From the NCBI GenBank assembly GCA_039585235.1, contig JBDGWG010000002.1:27346-91345 (forward strand): DNA of 64,000 bases, given 5' to 3'. A program made the position numbers and the translations under genes. Below are positions 11,207 through 21,288 of the stretch, in pieces (position 1 is the first letter of the stretch; every line of letters begins with the position of its first letter). This DNA comes from Gemmatimonadota bacterium. GTDB lineage: Bacteria > Gemmatimonadota > Gemmatimonadetes > Palauibacterales > Palauibacteraceae. The notes under the pieces were generated by a model, which searched no databases, was not told the origin of the DNA, and worked only from the letters and a program-made list of their open reading frames with translations.

Positions 11207-13303
11207 TCAGCGGTGCTCTTCTACCTTCCGCTCTTCGGCCTCTGCGATGATCTTCCTTGTCACGTCCGGGGGCGCCGGTTCGTAGCCCGCCAGGTCTCGT
11301 GAATGACCACCCTTGCCCTGGGTCAGGGAGCGCAGGGCCGTCGAATAACGATACATCTCGGCCTGCGGGACCTTCGCCCTGACCACCTGCCAGCGCCCGT
11401 CGGTGTCCATACCCATGATCCGGCCCCGGCGCTGGTTGAGATCGCCGATGACCTCGCCCATGAACTCCTCGGGCGTACGGACCTCCACGTCCAGGATCGG
11501 CTCGAGCACGATCGGTCCGGCGTCCCGCGCGACCTTCTGAAACGCCAGCGAACCGGCGACCTTGAACGCCTGCTCCGAGCTGTCCACCGCGTGGTAGGAC
11601 CCGTCGTAGCACTCCACCTCGACGTCGACCACCGGGTACCCGGCGAGAATCCCCCTGGCGAGGGCTTCCTGGACGCCCTTGCCAACGGCCGGCACGAACT
11701 TACCGGGGATCACGCCGCCCACGATCTTGCTGACAAACTCGAAGCCCTCGCCGCGAGTGCGCGGCGCCACGCGAAGCCAGCAGTCCCCGTACTGACCCCG
11801 ACCACCGGTCTGCTTCTTGTATCGGCCCTGACCCTGGGCCTTTCTCGTGATCGTCTCGCGATACGCGATCCGAGGAGCTTCCGTCTCGACGTGCACAGCG
11901 AACTTTCGCTTCAGGCGCTCCAGCGCGACGTTGAGGTGCAACTCGCCAAGCCCGCGGGCGATCGTCTGGCCGAGCTCCGGTTCGAACGCGGCGATGAACG
12001 TGGGGTCCTCCTCGTGAACCCGGTTCAATCCGTTCGCCAGCTTGTCTTCCTCGCCGCGCGAAGCCGGGAATATGGCAATCGAGATGTCCGGCTTCGGCCA
12101 GTCGATCCCGGCCAGCCGAAGATCCTTGCCCTGGGTGCACAGGGTGTCCCCCGTGTGCGTGTCTTTGAGCTTGGCGATGACCCCGATGTCCCCGGCGTGC
12201 AGGACCTCGACCTCCAGACGGCCCGCTCCGTCCGGAGTGCCAGGATGCGACAGGCGCTCCGTCGTGTTCCGGCCGGGATTGGAAACGGTGATGCCTCCGC
12301 GAACGCAGCCCGAGAACACCCGGAAATAGGTCAGCTCTCCGACCCGCGGCTCCTGCGTCGTCTTGAAGACGATCGCCGTGAGAGGCTCCGAGTCCGACGG
12401 CTGCAGTTCCGTGACTTCACCCTTCGCGTTCGAGGCGTCGACCGGACCTGAATCGACGGGCGACGGCATGAGCTCGACCAGCTTGTTCATCACGGCGCGC
12501 ACGCCGCGTCCCGTGTCGCCCGATCCGCAGAAGATCGGGAACAGCTCGCCGCGCCACATCGCCGCCGACATGGCGGCCAGCACCTTGTCGCGATCCAGCT
12601 CTTCGCCCTCGAGATAGGCCTCCAGCAACTCGTCATCCGTCGCCGCGATCGTTTCGATCAACTGCTCCCGGTACCGCTCGACCGTGTCCAGCAGCTCACC
12701 GGGGATATCCGTTTCCTCGTACTCGCCCCTGGACGACCCGGCCTTGTACATGTGCGCCTTGTTGGAAAACAGGTTGACGATCCCGCCGAAGCTTTCGCCG
12801 GCGCCGATCGGCACCTCGACCGGGATCGCCTCCCCCGAGAGCGTGTCACGAATCTGATTGAAGCACTTCTCGAAGCTGGCGTTTTCCCGATCCATCATCG
12901 ACACGAATAACATTCGCGGCAGAGAGCGGCGGGCACAGGTCGACCACACGCGCTCCGTACCGACCTCCACTCCGCTCGTGGCGCTCACGACGACGAGGCC
13001 GCCGTCGGCTACCCGGACGCCGGCTTCCACCTCGCCGAAGAAGTCCAGGTAACCCGGTGTGTCGATCAGGTTGATCTTCGCGCCCATCCACTCGGTCCGG
13101 CCCACCGCCAGGTTGATCGAGATGCCGTGATCGTTCTCTTCGGGAGTGAAGTCCGTGTGCGCGGTGCCGTTTTCGACCGAACCACGCCGCGTGGTGGAGC
13201 CCGCTATGAAGCACATGGCATCGACCAGCGTCGTCTTGCCGCTGCCGCCGTGACCGAGAACCGCGATATTTCTGATGTCGGAGGAACCGTACTCGGTACC
13301 CAT
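11207..13303 (-). CDS. elongation factor G family GTPase (EF-G paralog, EF-G2-like)
   Basis: 698 aa with a G domain AVLGHGGSGKTTL, DTPGYLDF, and EF-G domains II-V. The N-terminus is divergent from canonical FusA. Confidence 0.85.
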   Translation of the reverse strand: MGTEYGSSDIRNIAVLGHGGSGKTTLVDAMCFIAGSTTRRGSVENGTAHTDFTPEENDHGISINLAVGRTEWMGAKINLIDTPGYLDFFGEVEAGVRVADGGLVVVSATSGVEVGTERVWSTCARRSLPRMLFVSMMDRENASFEKCFNQIRDTLSGEAIPVEVPIGAGESFGGIVNLFSNKAHMYKAGSSRGEYEETDIPGELLDTVERYREQLIETIAATDDELLEAYLEGEELDRDKVLAAMSAAMWRGELFPIFCGSGDTGRGVRAVMNKLVELMPSPVDSGPVDASNAKGEVTELQPSDSEPLTAIVFKTTQEPRVGELTYFRVFSGCVRGGITVSNPGRNTTERLSHPGTPDGAGRLEVEVLHAGDIGVIAKLKDTHTGDTLCTQGKDLRLAGIDWPKPDISIAIFPASRGEEDKLANGLNRVHEEDPTFIAAFEPELGQTIARGLGELHLNVALERLKRKFAVHVETEAPRIAYRETITRKAQGQGRYKKQTGGRGQYGDCWLRVAPRTRGEGFEFVSKIVGGVIPGKFVPAVGKGVQEALARGILAGYPVVDVEVECYDGSYHAVDSSEQAFKVAGSLAFQKVARDAGPIVLEPILDVEVRTPEEFMGEVIGDLNQRRGRIMGMDTDGRWQVVRAKVPQAEMYRYSTALRSLTQGKGGHSRDLAGYEPAPPDVTRKIIAEAEERKVEEHR

Positions 13304-13408
13304 CGCACCTCACCTCCTGTCGGGGGTTGCGTCCAGCGGATCCCACCGCGTGGCGGGGGGCCACATAGTAGAAAAGACGTCGCGCTCTGGAAAGGGGCGC
13401 CTCGCGCT

Positions 13409-14341
13409 TCAGTTGGGGCCGCGGTACCGGCGGCTCATCTCGTCCAGATACGTCTTCTCCTTCGCGGTCAACGACTCGATGCCGGAGTCCCGTATCTTGT
13501 CCAGAATCCGATCTACCTCGTCCAGCGTATCGCCGTCCACCGGTCGGTCCTTCCGCCGCTTGTCGGCATGGCCGCTTTCGCCGGACGCCCTGCCGCGCTC
13601 GACGCCGAGATGTGCCCGCCGCGGGTTCATGCGTCGCAGTGTGGCCTCGATCCGGTCACCGTACCGGAGGTAGATCCACGCGGTCGCGGCCCCTCCGAGA
13701 TGCGCCCACGTGGCCACCCCCCCGCCCACTTCCCCGCCCAGGGCGGAGCGGGTGGCGAGAAGATCGAACGCGATCATGACCCCGACCAGGTATTTCACCT
13801 TGACCGGTAACACGAACCACAGAAGCACGCGCGCGTCTGGCCACTTCATGGCGAACGCGAGCATCACCCCCATCAACGCGCCGGACGCCCCGATGACCAT
13901 GACCGAACCTATCCATCGGTACAGCAGCACTGAAGTCAGAGCCGCGCCCACGCCACACAGCACGTAGAATTTCAGGAACTCCCGCCCTCCCCAGGCCCGT
14001 TCGAGCGGGGGACCGAAGAAGAAGAGGATCAGCATGTTGAAGAAGATGTGCCCGAAGTTCGCGTGCACGAACATGTAGGTGATGGGCGACCAAGGGTGCC
14101 TGAGCAGGTCCGGCGTGGAGAATCCGAGGGTGTCTACCGCCCACCGGAAAGGCACCAGGCCGAGTACGCTGATCGTCAGGAAGACCACGAAGTTCGCGAT
14201 GAGAAGCCGCTTCACCCATGGGGTGAGCGAATAGCCGAACAGGCCGGCCCCCTCGCCCCGACCAGTGTGGCCGCCGCTCCACCCTCCTCCGCCGTAGCCG
14301 CGCGGGCGCGGAGAATTGTATCTCCGGTCGGCGAAGCCCAT
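13409..14341 (-). CDS. rhomboid family intramembrane serine protease with about 70-aa charged C-terminal tail
   Basis: Multi-TM protein with GASGALMG (GxSG) and a HLGGA catalytic His. The start at Met 105 of the ORF overlaps the ddl stop as ATGA. Confidence 0.8.
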   Translation of the reverse strand: MGFADRRYNSPRPRGYGGGGWSGGHTGRGEGAGLFGYSLTPWVKRLLIANFVVFLTISVLGLVPFRWAVDTLGFSTPDLLRHPWSPITYMFVHANFGHIFFNMLILFFFGPPLERAWGGREFLKFYVLCGVGAALTSVLLYRWIGSVMVIGASGALMGVMLAFAMKWPDARVLLWFVLPVKVKYLVGVMIAFDLLATRSALGGEVGGGVATWAHLGGAATAWIYLRYGDRIEATLRRMNPRRAHLGVERGRASGESGHADKRRKDRPVDGDTLDEVDRILDKIRDSGIESLTAKEKTYLDEMSRRYRGPN

Positions 14342-15366
14342 CAGCCGCGCTCCGGGTCCCGGTTCGGCCGCGAAACCGCCGACCGGACGATGCGCTCGCA
14401 TAACTCCGGAAACCCGATCCCCGCAGCGGCCGCCGCCTTCGGCACCAGGCTGGTCGATGTGAGTCCAGGCAGGCTGTTCGCCTCGAGACACCATAAAGAC
14501 CCGTCGTCCGCCCGCTTGAAATCGATGCGGCTGTAGGATGTCTGGCGGAGCGCCCCGTAGGCCCGCACCGCGAGGTCCTGCAACCGGGTCGTCTCGACGG
14601 GAGACAGATCGGCCGGGGCCTCGTATCGGGACATGCCCGCCGTGTACTTGCACTCGTAGTCGTAAGTCTCGTGACTCGGGATGATCTCCACCGGCGGCAT
14701 CGGGTCGCCCTCGAGGACCGCTACCGTCAGTTCACGCCCGGGCACGAATTCCTCACACAGCACGTCTTCGTCGTACCGGGCCGCGAGCGCCAGAGCCGAT
14801 TCCAGGTGCTCCGCCGCCCGTACAACCGTGAGACCCACGCTCGAACCACCTGACGCCGGCTTCGCGACGAGGGGAAGGCCGAGCGCCTCCACGATCTCGG
14901 CGGGTGACGCCGAGGCGGGTGACCAGGCCGGTGTCGGAACGCCTTCGTGAACCAGCAGCTCCTTCGAGATCCGCTTGTCGAACGCCACGGCGCTCCCCAG
15001 GCACCCACTGCCCGTGTAAGCCACTCCGGCCAGGTCGAGCAGGCCCTGGACCGTACCGTCTTCCCCGAACTCCCCGTGCAGCCCGAGAAACACGACATCG
15101 GCCCGCCGGACGGCCGGCAGCTCCGCCAGCGCCGCTCCGACCGACGAGCTGCCGAGCCGCGCCAGCTCGTCCAGTCCGGGGGGATCCGCACCGACGGCCC
15201 CACCGAGCATCCTGGCTTCATCTTCGGGCAGCACGGCTCCGTGAGCGGGGTCGACCGCGACGACCTCGTGGCCGCGTTCGCGGAGCGCGGCCACCACGGC
15301 TCGACCGGTCGCAAGCGACACGTTGCGCTCTTCGTTCGTCCCGCCGAGCACGACGGCCACTCTCAT
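14341..15366 (-). CDS. ddl: D-alanine--D-alanine ligase
   Basis: MRVAVVLGGTNEERNVSL N-terminus and ATP-grasp blocks. The start was chosen at the internal Met after the cysK-like stop. Confidence 0.9.
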   Translation of the reverse strand: MRVAVVLGGTNEERNVSLATGRAVVAALRERGHEVVAVDPAHGAVLPEDEARMLGGAVGADPPGLDELARLGSSSVGAALAELPAVRRADVVFLGLHGEFGEDGTVQGLLDLAGVAYTGSGCLGSAVAFDKRISKELLVHEGVPTPAWSPASASPAEIVEALGLPLVAKPASGGSSVGLTVVRAAEHLESALALAARYDEDVLCEEFVPGRELTVAVLEGDPMPPVEIIPSHETYDYECKYTAGMSRYEAPADLSPVETTRLQDLAVRAYGALRQTSYSRIDFKRADDGSLWCLEANSLPGLTSTSLVPKAAAAAGIGFPELCERIVRSAVSRPNRDPERG

Positions 15367-15370
15367 CGCC

Positions 15371-16405
15371 TCACTCATGCTCTCGCCCCAGGGATGCGGG
15401 CTCACGATCGACCAAATCGCCCATACCGTTAGCCTCGAGCCACTCGTCGTTGAACACCTTGGAGAGGTAGCGCTCGCCCGTGTCGCACAGGAGGGCCACG
15501 ACGCAGGCTTCCGAATCGTCCACCTCGCGGGCCACTTCCGCCGCGATATGCACGATCAGTCCGGTGGATCCGCCAACGAACAACCCTTCTTCTCGCGTAA
15601 TGCGGCGCGCCATGTGGAAGGAGGTGTGGTCATCGACCGTGCGAAACTCGTCGATCCACTCGAAGTGGAGAGTGCCGGGCAGCTTGTCGTTCCCGATTCC
15701 TTCGACCTTGTACGGGAATCCCTCTCCGATCTCGCCCGTCCTGGAGTACCTCGCGAACACCGACCCTTCGGGGTCACCCGCGATCACACGTACCGTCGGG
15801 TCCATTTCCTTCAGATACCGTGCGGCGCCGCTGATCGTCCCGCCGGTGCCCGGGGACGCGACGAAGTGCGTGACTCGGCCATCCGTCTGCTCCCAGATCT
15901 CGGGACCGGTCGTCCGGTAATGCGCCTCCGGGTTCACAGGGTTGTAGAACTGGTCCGCCAGGTAGGAATTCGGCGTCTCGTCGGCGATGCGGCGTGCCAC
16001 CGTACCGTAATACTCGGGGTGATCGGGATCGACCGTGGGCGTGACGATGACCTCCGCGCCGAACGCCCGGAGAAGGCGGATCTTCTCATCGCTCATCTTG
16101 TCCGGGATCGTGAACACGCACCGATAGCCCTTCACGGCCGCCGCTATGGCGATGCCGATTCCGGTGTTGCCCGACGTACCCTCGACTATGGTGCCTCCGG
16201 GTCGCAGCAGCCCCTCCTCCTCCGCCGCCTCGATCAGGGCCACGCCGATCCGGTCTTTCACCGACCCCCCCGGGTTGAACGATTCGGCCTTCACGTATAC
16301 CGGGGTGCGAGCCCCGTCGGTGACGCGATTGAGACGGATCATAGGCGTCCACCCGATGGTCTGGAGCACGTCGTCGTACGGTCTCGGATGCGGTCTATGG
16401 CTCAT
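15371..16405 (-). CDS. cysteine synthase family PLP enzyme (CysK/CysM-like)
   Basis: GGSVKDRIG lysine motif and GTSGNTGIG glycine loop, 344 aa. Confidence 0.85.
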   Translation of the reverse strand: MSHRPHPRPYDDVLQTIGWTPMIRLNRVTDGARTPVYVKAESFNPGGSVKDRIGVALIEAAEEEGLLRPGGTIVEGTSGNTGIGIAIAAAVKGYRCVFTIPDKMSDEKIRLLRAFGAEVIVTPTVDPDHPEYYGTVARRIADETPNSYLADQFYNPVNPEAHYRTTGPEIWEQTDGRVTHFVASPGTGGTISGAARYLKEMDPTVRVIAGDPEGSVFARYSRTGEIGEGFPYKVEGIGNDKLPGTLHFEWIDEFRTVDDHTSFHMARRITREEGLFVGGSTGLIVHIAAEVAREVDDSEACVVALLCDTGERYLSKVFNDEWLEANGMGDLVDREPASLGREHE

Positions 16406-16838
16406 CGGGACGTTCCTCGGGTCTTGGATAGACGACCGGCAATCTTCCCCAGATGGGGATCGGGCGGCCGCCCTGCTCCGCCGGTTCCCACTCGAGATTT
16501 CGTGAATTGGCCACCGCCGCCGAATCGAGAGCCTGGTCGCCGCTGGACTGGATCACGAACGCCGAATCGACCGATCCCGACTCGGAGATCAGGATCTTGA
16601 GCACGGTCGTTCCGCTGGCGCCGTGCGACCATGCGGTTGTCGGGTACTCGAACGGGTGTAGAGAGTCGATTCGCACCGGCGGCTTGAGCGGCGCGCTCTG
16701 AACCCCGAGCCTGAGCCCTCCCACCGTCGGGTTCACGGTGTCCGCGCAACCGCCGGCTCCGGACAGCAGCGCGGCTGAAAAGACCGTGGGCCACACGCGG
16801 ATTCGGGCGTTTCGTGCGCCCGCGCCGGCCGTCCTCAT
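16395..16838 (-). CDS. TonB C-terminal domain-like periplasmic protein
   Basis: 147 aa with an N-terminal hydrophobic/lipoprotein-like segment and a C-terminal fold resembling TonB-CTD (TTVLKILISESGSV...). Its start overlaps the mutS stop. Confidence 0.5.
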   Translation of the reverse strand: MRTAGAGARNARIRVWPTVFSAALLSGAGGCADTVNPTVGGLRLGVQSAPLKPPVRIDSLHPFEYPTTAWSHGASGTTVLKILISESGSVDSAFVIQSSGDQALDSAAVANSRNLEWEPAEQGGRPIPIWGRLPVVYPRPEERPDEP

Positions 16839-19414
16839 GCCCCGTCCTCCTCCGCCAGCCGGCGAAGCTCCTCCAGAGCCACGAGGGCCTCGATGGGCGT
16901 CAGTCGCTCCGGATCGAGCTCCGACAGCTTTTCCATCAGTTGGGAGGGTCGCAGGTCGAACAGCGTCAACTGGCCGCGCTCGCGCTCTCCGAGGTGACTC
17001 AGGCGCGTTCCGCCTCCGGGACCATCTTCCAGCTCATGCAGCACGGCGAAGGCGCGCTGGATCACCTCGCGCGGCACGCCGGCGAGCCGGGCCACGTGAA
17101 CGCCATACGAGCGGTCGCACCCCCCGGGCTCGAGGCGCCGCAGGAACACGATGTCCTCGCCCGTCTCCCGCACGGCCACGTTCCATGCCGTGACACCCTC
17201 GAGCTTGTCCGCCAGCTCCACGAGCTCGTGATAGTGTGTGGCGAACACCGTGCGCGCCCCAATCCGGTCGTGGACGAACTCCGTGACGGCCCACGCGATT
17301 GCCACACCGTCGTAGGTGGACGTACCTCTCCCGATCTCGTCGAGCAGGATCAGGCTGCGGTCCGTGGCTCCGCTGAGAATGGCGGCCGTCTCCGTCATTT
17401 CCACCATGAACGTGCTCTGTCCGTGCGCCAGGCTGTCGGACGCCCCGACGCGCGTGAAGATCCTGTCGCAGACGCCGAGGCGGGCAGAGTCGGCCGGCAC
17501 GAACGATCCACTCTGAGCCATGAGCGCGATCAGACCCACCTGCCGGAGCAGCGTCGATTTCCCGGCCATGTTGGGACCCGTGAGGATCATGGCGAAGCCG
17601 TGGCGATCCAGCTTCACGTCGTTCGGGATGAAGTCCTCCCGCGCGATCGTGTACTCGACCACCGGGTGCCTTCCCGCCCGGATCTCCAGACCGAACCCGG
17701 CGCTCATCTCCGGTCGGACGTAGCCGTTCCGCTCCGCCACGTCCGCGAGCGCCGCGTGCACGTCCAGTTCCGCCACGCGTTCAGCCGTATCCTGGAGCCG
17801 GCCCGTGGCAGACTCCAGGGACTTCCGGAGTGCAATGAACAGGCGGTTTTCCTCGGCTGCGATCCCTGTCTCGGCGTCCAGGATCTTCTCTTCCCACTCC
17901 TTGAGCTCCGGCGTCACGTACCGCTCGGCGTTCGTCAGTGTCTGTTTCCGGATGTATCGATCGGGCACACGAGGCAGGTTGGAGCGGGTGACCTCGATGT
18001 AGTACCCGAAGACCTTGTTGTATCCGATCTTGAGGCTCTCGATGCCCGTGCTCTCGCGCTCGCTCTGCTGCAGTCGGGCGATCCAGTCCACGGCGCCCTC
18101 GCGCAGGGCCCGCAGCTCGTCCAGATCGGACGAGTATCCCGTGCGGATCACTCCGCCACCCGACATGAGGGCCGGCGCTTCCGGATCGATCGCACCCTCG
18201 ATCGCCTCCCGCACGTCGTCCAGCACTTCGAAATCCCGTAGAAGAGCCCGCAAGCGGGCCGTGTCCGGATCGCCCATCGCCCGGGCGATCGCGGGGAGGG
18301 CGTCGAGCGATCTGGCGAGGGCGAGAAGCTCCCGCGGCTTGATCCGTCCGGCAGATATCTTGGCGGCGATACGCTCGAGATCCTGGACGTGGCGCAGTGA
18401 CTCCCGCATCGCCCTTCGGTCGCCCGCCGACTCGTGCAGCTCGCCGACCGCCTCCAGTCTCGAGTCGATCTCCGCCAGGTCGACAAGGGGAGCCAGGAGG
18501 CGACGCCGCAGCATCCGACGACCCATCGGAGTCAGCGTGCGGTCGAGCACCTGGAGCAGGGTGGCGCCCGCGTCGTCCCGAAGCGGCTCCACCACCTCGA
18601 GGTTTCGCCGGGTCATTTCGTCCAAGTGGAGGTAGCGGCCCGATCGTTCGACCCGCGGGGCCTTGAGGTGGCCGATTCCGCCGGGACGAACCTCCTCCAG
18701 GTAGCCGAGCACGGCGCCGACGGCGCCCAGCATGTGCGGTGTGTCTCCGGCATCGAGCCCGAAGCCGGAGACGTCCCGAACCCGATACACGCGCTTGACC
18801 ACCTCGGCGGACACGTCCGGCGCGAAGCGCCACGCCTCACGCTCCGTGAGGACCCATGGGCCCGTGAGCGCCAGGCTCGAATCCGATGTTCCCACGACCT
18901 CCGCCGGCTCGAGACGCGTGAGCTCGTCTGCCAGCTCACCGGCGGCGCACTCCCTCACCTCCACTTCACCGGTGGACAGATCGGCCGTCGCGATTCCCAC
19001 GGGATCGTCTCCCGCCACGGCCGCGACGAAGTTGTTGCGCCCGGCGCTCAGGAGAGAGTCTTCCAGGGTGGCCCCCGGCGTCACGACTTCCGTGACCTCC
19101 CGGCGGACGATCCCCTCCGCCTCGGACGGATCCTCGACCTGCTCGCAGATGGCGACCCGCCTTCCCTGGCGGACGAGCTTCGGCAGATAGTCGTCGATCG
19201 CCTTTGCGGGTACGCCGGCCAGAGGCACGTCGCCCGAACCTCCGTTATTTCGCGACGTCAACGTGATTCCGAGCAGCCGGCTCCCCTCCTCGGCATCCTC
19301 GAAGAACATTTCGTAGAAGTCGCCGACCCGGAAGAACAGGATGGAATCGGGATGGCTCGCCTTGATGTCCAGGTACTGCTGGATGAGCGGCGTGTTGGCT
19401 GCAGCCTGGCTCAC
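16835..19414 (-). CDS. mutS: DNA mismatch repair protein MutS
   Basis: 859 aa with MutS domains I-V, Walker A GPNMAGKST, and a C-terminal HTH region. Confidence 0.95.
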   Translation of the reverse strand: MSQAAANTPLIQQYLDIKASHPDSILFFRVGDFYEMFFEDAEEGSRLLGITLTSRNNGGSGDVPLAGVPAKAIDDYLPKLVRQGRRVAICEQVEDPSEAEGIVRREVTEVVTPGATLEDSLLSAGRNNFVAAVAGDDPVGIATADLSTGEVEVRECAAGELADELTRLEPAEVVGTSDSSLALTGPWVLTEREAWRFAPDVSAEVVKRVYRVRDVSGFGLDAGDTPHMLGAVGAVLGYLEEVRPGGIGHLKAPRVERSGRYLHLDEMTRRNLEVVEPLRDDAGATLLQVLDRTLTPMGRRMLRRRLLAPLVDLAEIDSRLEAVGELHESAGDRRAMRESLRHVQDLERIAAKISAGRIKPRELLALARSLDALPAIARAMGDPDTARLRALLRDFEVLDDVREAIEGAIDPEAPALMSGGGVIRTGYSSDLDELRALREGAVDWIARLQQSERESTGIESLKIGYNKVFGYYIEVTRSNLPRVPDRYIRKQTLTNAERYVTPELKEWEEKILDAETGIAAEENRLFIALRKSLESATGRLQDTAERVAELDVHAALADVAERNGYVRPEMSAGFGLEIRAGRHPVVEYTIAREDFIPNDVKLDRHGFAMILTGPNMAGKSTLLRQVGLIALMAQSGSFVPADSARLGVCDRIFTRVGASDSLAHGQSTFMVEMTETAAILSGATDRSLILLDEIGRGTSTYDGVAIAWAVTEFVHDRIGARTVFATHYHELVELADKLEGVTAWNVAVRETGEDIVFLRRLEPGGCDRSYGVHVARLAGVPREVIQRAFAVLHELEDGPGGGTRLSHLGERERGQLTLFDLRPSQLMEKLSELDPERLTPIEALVALEELRRLAEEDGA

Positions 19415-20220
19415 GGCTCCCCCGGGACGACGATGCTCTCGAAGCCGGCGTCGGCCAGACGCAGCGCGTGGCGCGCGGCGGCCTCGCGGCCGTCAAAACG
19501 GCCCGACCGAACCCGGTACAGTCCGTCCGGTTCCGGAGGATCCAGCACGCGCGCGGTCGCCCCGGAGGCCACCACCCGGTTCCGTACCTCCTCCGCCGTC
19601 TCCCGCGAACCGAAAGCCCCGAGCTGCACGGAGAACGACTCCGTGTGTGCCGGCGCTCCGCCGGGGCGGCAGCTTTCCAACGCCGTCCGAACGAGCTCGC
19701 GGTCTGACTCGGCGGCAGGAGTCCCGCGCAGTGAGGCAGCGGTCTCCCATGCGGCACAGGCCCCGGGCCGATCACCTGAGGCGGCAAGCACGTTGCCCGT
19801 CCACAGCCAGGACGTGAAGGTCAATGGACTCCCGGGGAAATCAGCCCGCATCCTCGCCAGGTCCGCCTCCGCGCGGTCGAGACGACCCTCGGCGACGTAC
19901 AGCTGCGCCAGCCTGAGCCGCGCCGCGGCGCCGTAACGCGCGTCCCCTCGCACGGCGACCCACAGGTAGTCGACGCGGGCGGAGTCAAGATCCGCGGTCA
20001 GACGCGCCCTGAGGAACCGCGCCCTCTCGACGTCAGCCCGCCTATCCGAAGCTCCCGGCGAGGCAAACCACCCGGCGAGCATTCGCCGCGCTTCGTCAGC
20101 TTCCCCGAGATCGGCCGCACGTTCCACAGAATCGAGGACCGGCGTCGACTGCCCGGCAAGCGGCGGCGCCAGCCCGGCGCCAGCGGTCAACAGCAGGACC
20201 GTCCTCACGAGGCGCTTCAT
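19411..20220 (-). CDS. SPOR domain-containing protein with TPR-like N-terminal region
   Basis: Signal peptide, helical repeats, and a C-terminal SPOR-like FSVQLGAF...RVRSG...A block. Confidence 0.6.
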   Translation of the reverse strand: MKRLVRTVLLLTAGAGLAPPLAGQSTPVLDSVERAADLGEADEARRMLAGWFASPGASDRRADVERARFLRARLTADLDSARVDYLWVAVRGDARYGAAARLRLAQLYVAEGRLDRAEADLARMRADFPGSPLTFTSWLWTGNVLAASGDRPGACAAWETAASLRGTPAAESDRELVRTALESCRPGGAPAHTESFSVQLGAFGSRETAEEVRNRVVASGATARVLDPPEPDGLYRVRSGRFDGREAAARHALRLADAGFESIVVPGEP

Positions 20221-21278
20221 GATCCTCGCCCCGCCTGTAGCGCCTGGAGCCCGAGGAGAAGCTCCTCGAGAACGGCTCGGTCGCGACCGCCGGTGGTCTT
20301 GGAGCGGGCATCGGCCCGCCGAAGCAACCGAAGAGCCCCGTCGATCTCCCCGCCGGTCCAGCGACTGGACTGACTCGTGAACGTGCGCACCTTGAACTTC
20401 AGGTACGGCTTGCCCGCTTCGCCCAGTGTGCGCTCGAGAAGGGCGGCGCCTCCTTCGGTCGCGATGCCGAGAAGCACGTGGTGGTCCGTCATCGCGCTGA
20501 TCAGCCCCACGGCGCTCGAGTCAGGCGCCGAGAGGAGCGTCGGCAAGTCGGCCAGAGCCGCCCGGTAGTCGCGTTCGGCGACCGAATCGAGCCAGGCCCA
20601 CCGATTGACGGGTCGGACGTTGGGAACGAGCTCGGCGATCCGCTCGACCGTAACTGGCCCTCCGTTTCCGGCGGAAGCCAGCTTGTCCAGCTCCGCCTCC
20701 AGCAGGCCGAGGTCGGAGCCGACGGCCGCCGCCAGCGCTTCCGCGGCCCGCGCGTCGAGGACGACCCCGTGTCTCTCAGAAGAACGCTCGATAAGCCATC
20801 CCGGTATCTCGACGTCGCGTGGAGCGGCCCATTCCAGGGCGACGGCCCCCTCCTTCATCTTCCGGTAGAACGCCTTACGGGAGCCCTTGGGAATCGTCGC
20901 CGTGACCACGAGGGTCAGCTCGGGCGGCGTGCGGTCGAGCACCTCCTGCACCACGGTGCACCCCGTCGGCGTGAGGCGCTCCGCCCCGAACAGGGCGACC
21001 ACACGGCGAGGCGCCATCACCGGAGGCATCGCCAACGACGACGCCAGTGTCTCAGGGCTGACTTCCGAGGCGCGAAAGGTGTCGAGATTGAAGTCTCGCG
21101 TAGCCGGATCGACGGCCGCTTCTACGAGGGCTCGGGCCGCGTCGTCGCGCAGTCGGTCCGCATCGCCATAGAAGAAGAAGACGCCCTCCACTTCGCCTCG
21201 GTCGACGAGGGTGGCCAGACGACGGTCCGCCGCGAGACTCAAAAGACCCCCCGCCCCGGGCTTCCCCGGTCCATGAAC
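20217..21278 (-). CDS. holA: DNA polymerase III subunit delta
   Basis: HolA-like N-terminal Rossmann region (FFFYGDADRL...) and C-terminal helical domain. The ORF-track start at 21413 overlaps the upstream anti-sigma gene, so the true start is probably an alternative codon near 21278. Confidence 0.7.
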   Translation of the reverse strand, partial: VHGPGKPGAGGLLSLAADRRLATLVDRGEVEGVFFFYGDADRLRDDAARALVEAAVDPATRDFNLDTFRASEVSPETLASSLAMPPVMAPRRVVALFGAERLTPTGCTVVQEVLDRTPPELTLVVTATIPKGSRKAFYRKMKEGAVALEWAAPRDVEIPGWLIERSSERHGVVLDARAAEALAAAVGSDLGLLEAELDKLASAGNGGPVTVERIAELVPNVRPVNRWAWLDSVAERDYRAALADLPTLLSAPDSSAVGLISAMTDHHVLLGIATEGGAALLERTLGEAGKPYLKFKVRTFTSQSSRWTGGEIDGALRLLRRADARSKTTGGRDRAVLEELLLGLQALQAGRGS

Positions 21279-21288
21279 ATCGTCGGAC

